From Octopus sinensis (lineage: Eukaryota): a stretch of DNA of 57,784 bases. A program made the position numbers and the translations under genes. Below are positions 49,125 through 57,784 of this stretch, piece after piece; position 1 is the first letter of the stretch, and every line of letters starts with the position of its first letter. The stretch spans positions 1-57,784 of the forward strand of contig NW_021833096.1 in the NCBI RefSeq assembly GCF_006345805.1, written 5' to 3'. Below the pieces are notes generated by a model. It worked only from the letters and a program-made list of their open reading frames with translations, was not told the origin of the DNA and made no database searches.

Positions 49125-51170
49125 TATGTCAGTTACAATCGTCGTTTTGGTATCATTAGAAGGTGTTTGAAAGACTTACTCAAGGCCGTCAACGGACTGG
49201 TTGTCGTCCCAGGACATGGCAAAGATTCCCTTCGATGTGGGAAAATATGTATTCTCTGTTTTTTTAGTTTTTAGGAATATCCCTCACTCAAACCACTCTC
49301 TTCCTGGATGACGGACTTGGTGGACCGGACAAGGTTCACCGGCGATTGGATAAACGGCGGATTCCCAAGGTACGTTACCAAAGCCGATACTCTTTGCGAC
49401 TTTTCCCCCTTCGTTTAGCCAGTTTAGCCAGCAATTTCCTTTGAAATTCTGCAGTTTTGGATTCAACTGTTTTATTTATCATTTTTGTGACGTTTCTATA
49501 GAAATTGGGACAGAACGGAAAAGTTTCCCAATCTCCAAATACTTAGATATTTTCGTCTTTTGTGCTACATTGACAGTCCAACCGGGAAAATTATTATTCC
49601 CAAAAATTATGAAATGGGAGAACGTGTCTACATACGTGACATTTTATGCAAGTGATTTTCTTTGGGAGTACGGGAAAAGAGTTATGCCATCGGGGCTTCT
49701 GTTAATCAATTAATGGAAAATTTAATTTTTATTATATTTAATGCTAAAAGTCAAAATTATGGAGGAGGGGTCTAAAAGACGGGGGACGTCTGGTGGAGTC
49801 GAGACCGAAGGAACTGTATGTGAAAATGTCTCCAATTTGACTGATTCGCTGTAAAAAAGGCTATTTCAGAAATGATGATAAAGTGCCTATCCAGTAGAAT
49901 ATGGTCCAATCTTAACATTACTTGCAATAGTATGACTATTTGACTTACTTTTACTATAAATATATTGTGGTCCTCCACCGAAACCAATGCACGTCAATTT
50001 AGTCTTTTTAACCGACTATTACTTCCAAGCAAAAGTCTACCAAGAATGTGATGAAGGCTATGAATACGTCGATGGTCTGGCAGTTAGGGGATGCACCTTC
50101 AACAAAAAATGATCACAAAAAACTTTAATTTGTAAAATTGAATATTCGAGGAATCATTATCTAGAAATTGACTGTGGATTGCTGCCACCAGTCCATAATG
50201 CCGAAATAATCTTCAAACAGACAAACTTCAAGCATTCTATGTTTGCAAGGCTGGATATTACAGCACTTACGCCACTTCTTGGGTCAAATGTGCAGCGAAT
50301 AAAACGTGGATTGGATCTGACAATTTTAAATGCAAAAATCCAAATTTGAAAAATTCAATTTGACACGGCGGACCTGTCAATCTCCAATTATCTACAAAAA
50401 TTCTATAATTTTAACAAAAAGCGAAAGATTTGTTTCATTTGACATCATCGATTACACATTTTAGAGTGGCTATCGACTTCAAAAAAGCGATACAACTCAT
50501 CTCTGTGAATCCGAAGGCCTGTGGATAGGAAAAGAGTTAGTTTGCGATTGTTTGATTATTAAAATACAAGCATAATGGGGAAATGTTCAACTTTTTTCCA
50601 GTGCCCAATACTTTCGAAATTTTTAATAGTTTACACATCGGTGGAAATTACACTTATCAGTGCTTCCTGGAAAATAATTTGGTAGATGGGGATCTCATTA
50701 GAATGTGCCAGTCAAATTTAACGTGATCTGGCAAAAAACCTGACTGTAAAAGTATTGGAATGCGTAATTCGAAAGGACTGGAATGCAGTTACCCATACAT
50801 TGCTAATAATTCGTTTATGCTTGGAGAAAATTATTTATATCAATATGTGGTGGAATTTTGCTGCAAACAGGGATACAAGTATATTAATGGAGACCTGAAC
50901 TCGACATGTAACCTCGACATGACTTGGTCTGGTTATAACCCTATAAACTGCACGGGTTTGCTTTCCAGTTTTAAAATTAAGAAATTAATTAAATGTCCGG
51001 TTCCGATGTCATCAAACTCGACAGTTGTCACAAACTTTACGTGGAGAACATTTAGTAGCATTGCTTATTTTAAAAGTTGCAGAAGATTTTATCAGAAATT
51101 ATACAAATCATGGAAATTAGAGCGGAAATGCGTTGATGTGTCGAATAAGTATTTATATATACTATATTAA
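49125..51170 (+). pseudogene. Multi-sushi (CCP) repeat gene, disrupted
   Basis: Repeated C..P...Y.C..GY...GD..R.C...WS...C modules with frameshifts and stops (TGA at Trp positions). Confidence 0.7.
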
Positions 51171-51313
51171 GACAGAGGAAGTAAAACAGAGGTACGCAAA
51201 CAGACTACATGAAGTACTCAACGATATTGAGAGAACAAGACGTCCTAGTTCAGTTCGTCATTTTTAATAAAGCGATTTGTTAGTAAGATAGAGGAAAAGA
51301 CTGTTAGTATCAA

Positions 51314-53226
51314 TTAGAAATATGAAAAGACTTTCTGGCGAATAGTCTTATTTTGGACTGTCGTCTTTGGCCGGGTCATCAAATTGAGGATAACAACGAT
51401 GGCCCCAGTGAGACAAATAACAGGACTGGCAATGTAGTCCAATGTCCCAGTCGTGTCGAATTGGACAAAGAAGTATACGAACCACGGTAATCCTGGAATA
51501 GCACAACCGGCAAACCAGAGGAGAATGCCAACAATGCCAATATTCTGTTCTCCTGAAACATCTGCTTTGAATTTTCTACTCGAGCCTTTTTTATGTGAAG
51601 TCCAATAATGACAAACAAGATGAGATTGACCAACGCGATTGCAGCACAGGGAAGCACCAGGCCTGTATACAGTCCCACACCCGATATCAGACATCTGCCC
51701 ACTCAAATAGAATCCCTTACTTTCCTTCGTTGTAATACACACGCGAGTCAACAAGAGCGATCGTCCCCACAATGCACAATGGAATGCCTGCGAGTGGTCA
51801 AATGCATGAGAACCCCAATTTAGCACGACTGCTTTGGTGATTATTTTGTTGATGGTGATGCCGATGACTTTGACAAATTTAATATAATGGATGTACGTCT
51901 CTGCCAGCATCCACAGAAATTGTGCCAAAAGTCCGAAATGGAGGACAACTCCTTTGGCTGTGCACGCAGTCACTCCCTCGTTCTCCGAGTTTTGTAGTAT
52001 GGAAAGAAATGTAATGTTTACAATTACCATCGAGAATTCAAAATGAAGCAGTGCCAGTTGGAAGGTCGACTTGATTTGTATTCTAGCGAGTGGTACCAGC
52101 AAATATACTTTATATTCGTCATAAATATCATAATTGAAAAAAATATCAAAAATGTAGAGATTGCGAGCAGTATGCTGTTTATGTACAACTTGACTGGACT
52201 TTTCACATTCAGGAGTTCTGGTCTCTGCGTTGTCAGCAATCAAGGAGCAACAAAGATCACGGCAAAGCTTGTCAGGTGATTGAATACGCAGACAACCCCC
52301 GCATTAGTAAACAGCGTCGTCCCCCCAGTCGTAATCCACTCCGAATTGTTCTCGTCAAAATATGCGCAAGTCAAGTTAGTCCGATTAGTCTAAGCAATAT
52401 AAATGTGGGACTCACTGGAAATGTAATTTTGACTTTTAACTCTGTCTTAACTCGCAAACTCACTGAGAAGACTTTCGAGCCCAAAATTTGGGGCTTTTTG
52501 GATTTAAAAGTTATCGTGTCATTCCAGTACACAGTTCTCACTGAGAGGAATAAATCTAAAATGCACCGTGGATGTCTGTTTCTGTATCAAACGTGAGCTC
52601 ACATTGAATATCTTGTTCCTCCAACGTTTCTAATGAGCACTACAATGCGTCAGTGGCACGAGCAACTATAGTATGAATCTATAAATAGTAATAACAGCAA
52701 ATTCACCTGGAATGCTGGGAATGCGATTGAAGCTATAAATTAATAATAAGCACTAATACCGTCGGGACACATATTCATCAGAGTACTACTCATTATCAAA
52801 CAAGCATTACCTCTCGGAGAGAAGTAAGTATTTTGTCCTATAATATATCACAATCCTTAATACTTTATCAAATATGCTCAATTTAGTGTCCTGAATATTA
52901 TTGTACTACTGGGCTTACATATCTTTGTTCTGTCCACTCCACTACAATGTTCTAATATAAATATAAACGTATTCCTTACCCATTCCACATTTATCAGTCC
53001 CTCGAGTCTCTATAATTGTAGTGGGATTAAGAATAATACATCTTCGGAGAGTGTCATTTCTTCTCTCTAAATAACCAGTTGTTTATCCCAAATACCTTTT
53101 GCACGTGTTTCTGTAGTGGTAGCTAAAAGAGGAGTGAAATAATAGCATTACAAGGCCAGCAAATGACAACTTCTGGTCATAAGAGAATGCAGTGCATACA
53201 AATAATGCAAACAGTAAAGGATACAT
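51314..53226 (-). CDS. Adhesion GPCR (signal peptide, GAIN/GPS, 7TM)
   Basis: MYPLLFALFVCTAFS; GPS TCAYFDENNSEWITTGG..VVCVFNHL|TSFAVIF; TM3 CTAKGVVLHFGLLAQFLWMLAE. Confidence 0.85.
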
Positions 53227-54674
53227 CGATGAATATTGCATTACCTGGTTATATATTCCTCATTAATTAAGTTGACATATATTTCATATCCGCATTGACC
53301 CCATTATGAAAGTCCTGGATGACATGGTGTGATCAACCTGATAAAAACAACCATCTCCAATCCTTTTGTAAACATTGCACATTTCTGAGCCAGTCTAGAC
53401 GTTTGTGATTTGAAAACTCTGTCAGTACAAACTACAAAAAGTAATATACAGTAAAGATAACATTTATCCATTAAAAATCTTATGCAGTTATCCGATATTT
53501 TGCCATCGCGTCGGCTTTGGCGACTTAATTTACCCAATTAAATTCAGCCAATAACATAATTTCTTCTCTATTCTTAAAAATCGTGAAATTTGAGACTGTG
53601 ATCAGTTGAATCTCACAAATAAAACTGTCTGAGTTTGACTTCCTTGAATAAAACATTGAAAATTTTCAATTTAAAATTACAGATTATAATTATGCAGTTA
53701 TGCGAAAATAGTAAATGTTTCCGATGAAAGTATTCAATTAACCGATATACAATTAACCTAATATTTTGAATGGAAAGCATATAAATTATTGTTTTTAACA
53801 TAAATTTATGGCATTAACCGATTTATGCAATTAACCGACTTTCAATTAGATACAATTTAAATCTATTTATCTTATACAGTCATAAAGTTAGTTTTAATCA
53901 AAAATATTCATTATTATGTTTACGATATATGCGTAGCCTGGTGGATTGCCTTTATCTTATAAATTTTTGAATATTTACAACTTTTTTAATTATAGATAAG
54001 CCTTTCCATGACTATCAGGAGGGAGTCCGGATATATTAATACAATACTAATGTCATTATAGTAGACTTTAACACGCCAAGATAAATGATATTTTATATTT
54101 CCATTCCCTTTGATGTTATTCTGAAAGTCATTTTATGTTTATAAAAAACTAAAACAAAATAAATTAATTTTGACATGCCCTGCAAAATCAAATAATATTT
54201 TTATGAGTTAGAATATCAAAAATTTCTTAATAAAATCAAAATTTTAAAACTCTGGGTTGCAAAGTATTTTGCGGTTTTCAAAATTTTATTCTTCTATTTT
54301 AGAACCAAATTGTGATTTGCCAAACAGTTAAATTGAGCTCAGTTGCCTATTCTGTTCTTCTTTTTTTAAAATATTAAAAATTACTTTCCGAATTTCAATT
54401 TACCCAGAAAGAAACATTTGTACAAATTGAACAAATTCTTTCAATTTCCAGAAAGAAACATTTGTACAAATGTATTTAAACAAGTCCTTGATCATGATAA
54501 ATCGTTTAGAAAATTGTTTGTTTTTATTTGAAAAATTATATTAAAATAAAATACATGATTTTCTTGTTGTCATCACTGCTATATGCTCACATTTTGGACT
54601 GTTTTACAAATACTGAAACTAATTTTAAAAAAATAAATAAGTAATAGTATATAACAGAAATAACAGAAATGAAG

Positions 54675-55441
54675 ATAAAAACAGTAATTACAGTTTTAAA
54701 AAACATAAATGATTTATAAAAACATAATTGCTTGACAATATGACAATTAATTAAAAATTTGATTTAAATACTGGAAGAAAATGAGAATAATAATTAAAAT
54801 GTTCTATTTTCTAATTCTATCAATTTTTGTGCAAAGTGCTCCAACATCGAACAGTAATTCATTTTATTTCAGTTTAGAATGTTTTAATGGAAAATGTTAT
54901 ATTTTTGTGACGGATAGACTAAATCGACAAGATGCACAAAAAGTTTGTAAAGAAAAAAAAGGCTCACTCGCAAATATAGACAGCCAAATCACAAATAATT
55001 ATATTTACGGTAAACACAAAAATAATTTATTTCAGAAAATTTTATAAAAAACGCAAAATCAAGGTTTTGGATTGGAGTAAATGACATCCAGAAAGAAAAC
55101 GAGTTTTTGGATTCTTATGGAAATAAACAAGTAATTCAAACTTTTTAAATTCAGGCCTTTTTTAATTGGAATACAAATGAACCTAATAATTATCAAATTG
55201 AAAACTGTGTTGAGATATGGATTCCTAGAGGAGTCTGGAATGATCAGAGTTGTAATGATAAATTACCATTTTTGTGTGAAATTTTGGGTTTTTATTTTAA
55301 AATAACTGTAATAGACATTTCAAGCAACCCAGAAATTGAAATAAGTAACCAAGTTGAAAAAAGCGAGGACGTATGCGATAATTAAAATATAACTAAACAA
55401 ATACTAACTTTCTTGATTTGGTAAATACTAATTTTTCTCAA
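54675..55441 (+). repeat. Segmental duplicate of about 20006-20771
   Basis: Promoter, exons, introns and 3' flank align by eye. Confidence 0.92.
54799..55385 (+). CDS. Secreted C-type lectin, EPN/WND, copy B
   Basis: Near-identical paralog of 20131-20716; WNTNEPNNYQIENCVEI..WND. Confidence 0.88.
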
Positions 55442-57383
55442 AAACAAATTTCTGCTTTCTTTTTTTGAATATGAAAAGAAATAGTGTTAGCTTTTTCACG
55501 AAATTGATGAAAGTTAATGTCAAACCTAAATTGGGACTTTTAGCTTTAAGACTGCATGAACCACCTGGAATAAGCAATAGATCACATCGGTGTCTTTTTA
55601 AAGACTTTCTACCTCTGAAGATTGTGATCGCCAGTTTTTTTCATTGAAAAGTGTCAGCAGAGTGATTAGGTTGTCAGCTGTTCCAAAGCTCAAAATTTCT
55701 AAATAATTTATGAAAAATGCAAAATACAAAGATTAAGATTGTCAATCATTAGTAATATTACTTTTTACAGTCAATCAAGTCGATTTATATTTAGGAAAAG
55801 ATAAGTTCTTTGACGAATACCTCATCAACTTATTTTAAGTTGACATTCTATAATTAATAAAATCTCATTACTTTTCGTATAAGTGAGCTAATACGGGCAT
55901 TATCATGGCTCCGGCAAAGAATTTTGAATATCATTCTTTGCAGGAACAGGCAAGCAATTCTCTCCTCGTATACTCGATTCTTGAAACAAATTCAAGAAAG
56001 TATAAAAAATAGAAAAACCAAAATTTTGATTCTTATACTTATTAAATGGCATGTAGCTAAAATTTGGATTATCTGGATAACATGTAGTAAATTATCATAA
56101 TATATTTGTCAAATAGGTTAATGTTCTTACATGTAGTATATTTATTGTTTATGTCTTCATAAAAATTTTCAAAAATTGATGATTGATGAAAATAATCAGA
56201 ATTTGAGCAATTTTTAATTAGTTTTTATTTTCAGTTGAACCAAAAGTAGATAGAGTAATCTGATATTCAAATGAAAGAAAACAGATCAAACATTTAGAAG
56301 ACATATTAAAAGCTTATCGAAGTGGATATTACATCTAAAAACTTTTAATGAAAATATAAGTGACAAAACACTACAAATACAATTTCCTTACAATCAAAGA
56401 ACTTACGCCAATCCAGAATGAACAAGTCATAAACTAAATTGGATAGGTAGTGAAAACCTGCTATTTAATAGAAAGATTACAAATAGATATTTCAAAAAAA
56501 TCATGCAGCAAAATATTAGTGACGTACTGTGCTAACACTTTTTGCCCATTAATAATAGCCTTTTCGCGAAAGCCATATTACTTTATGACCCCGCATGGCC
56601 AAAACACACACTTTATATTTAAGTGAAGAACAGTTAATGTTAATTAATCGTATAAACAGGCCGATGGTCTTTAATTATTTTTTTATTTTTCTTGCGCGTG
56701 GGTTTCTCACGGATAATCCGGTTGCACTCTCGTATTCAAATCCAGCGACATCTGAATAGTAATCACATCAGGAATATGTCAAAATAAATACAAAGATGAA
56801 ACTCTCAAGTAATGATGACACTGTTTTTAAGTTCTTTGGACTTTGATCTGTAAATTCTGGACACATTTCACAACATTAAAAATAGGTAAGACAAAAAACA
56901 CATCAATCACCAAAATTAGTGGAAAAATAATAGCCTCCGACAACTTTAACAAAAAGTGCATATAATATTGTAAACTAAATAATAATTTTATTTCCGGTCC
57001 AAATTTTGATTACCAATCAATTTCGGCAGTTGAACTATATTTTTGAAAAATGAAATCAAGACAAACAGCTAATGACTAATAGTCAATATAGATAAAATTG
57101 TTACTTATAAAACCTCTCGTTCTTTCCTCAATCCAAAAAGGATAAAACTCATAACAATCAAGTTTTAATATTTTTACTGCATGGAGGATATCAAACCAGT
57201 GATATTTTTCTTACCTTTTGAATATTAGCCACCACATTTACAACGACCTGAACAAACAAATTCTTATAACGAATAAAAACACACCCCCAATGCAAACTAC
57301 ATAACATGCTGTCTCTACAGCCACTCAAATTAACGCGTCCACCCAATAATTAATAAACAAATGTATCCAAATGAAGGGGTCAA

Positions 57384-57784
57384 TCAGACAACCCCACTTT
57401 GATTGGCCTGGGCAATCTCCATGGGATGAGTGGGCTCAATAGGGCGCATGACTGCCGTGTTGTAGAAGGCCTGGACTGATCGTTTGACCCTCAACATCTC
57501 CCGAATGGTGTCCTCATTGCCATAGTGCAACTCAAACTGTGACCACAACGACCAGAACTCGTCATCCACCTAAACTGAACACCTCGGAATACCGCAGGGT
57601 CACAGAACTGAGAGCAATGACTGTAGATGACTCTGGCTCTCTCCATTTCCCCCAACTTCTCCTCCAATTTGGCAAAGGCAATACTCATTTCTCTACAAAT
57701 GACACCCCAGACTGACCGACTGTCCCATCACCCAACACTTGGATGGCCTTCTCGTATATTCCTCGCACACTCGTCATTCCAAAC
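57384..57784 (-). CDS. XAB2: Pre-mRNA splicing factor SYF1/XAB2, 3' end (runs off window)
   Basis: [66 protein letters not shown]. Confidence 0.93.

Noticed and set aside
44625-50730. UGA=Trp or other stop-codon reassignment (TGA at Trp positions in BLOC1S1, sushi modules and an RT)
   Set aside because: The same loci also have frameshifts, and intact genes (NOP58, Nrf, MRPS10, XAB2) end in TGA and use TGG for Trp; ordinary decay explains it.
1-57784. Prokaryotic, viral or organellar origin, or a bacterial defence system
   Set aside because: Spliceosomal introns and metazoan gene families occur throughout; the PD-(D/E)xK nucleases belong to retroelements with poly(A) tails and TSDs.

Overview
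This is eukaryotic (animal) nuclear DNA, AT-rich, in which almost every gene is split by tiny GT-AG introns, mostly 22-29 nt. The ORF track therefore shows only fragments, and I spliced the gene models by hand. Tiny introns together with metazoan genes (CNC-bZIP, SFMBT, adhesion GPCR, C-type lectins) best fit a highly reduced parasite such as a dicyemid mesozoan; that assignment is inference. The first 10 kb is a very dense gene cluster: DARS1, an EH+2xSH3 adaptor, NOP58, calcineurin B, a 195-aa Nrf2/CncC-like factor with DLG and ETGE degrons, ARHGAP1/8 and EXOG. The rest is rich in transposable elements: 5'-truncated CRE-like RLE retroelements with TSDs, RTE-like LINEs, two pogo/Tigger elements, a CGGBP-type hAT, a Merlin and a satellite-bearing Helitron. 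Scattered among them are a GPI-type repeat surface protein, a tail-anchored acidic protein, SFMBT, an LC8-like gene, MRPS10, an adhesion GPCR, XAB2, two recently duplicated EPN C-type lectins that diverge at the sugar-binding loop, and pseudogenes (BLOC1S1, a sushi-repeat gene). No rRNA, tRNA or CRISPR is supported. All family calls come from motif recognition by eye, not from database searches.
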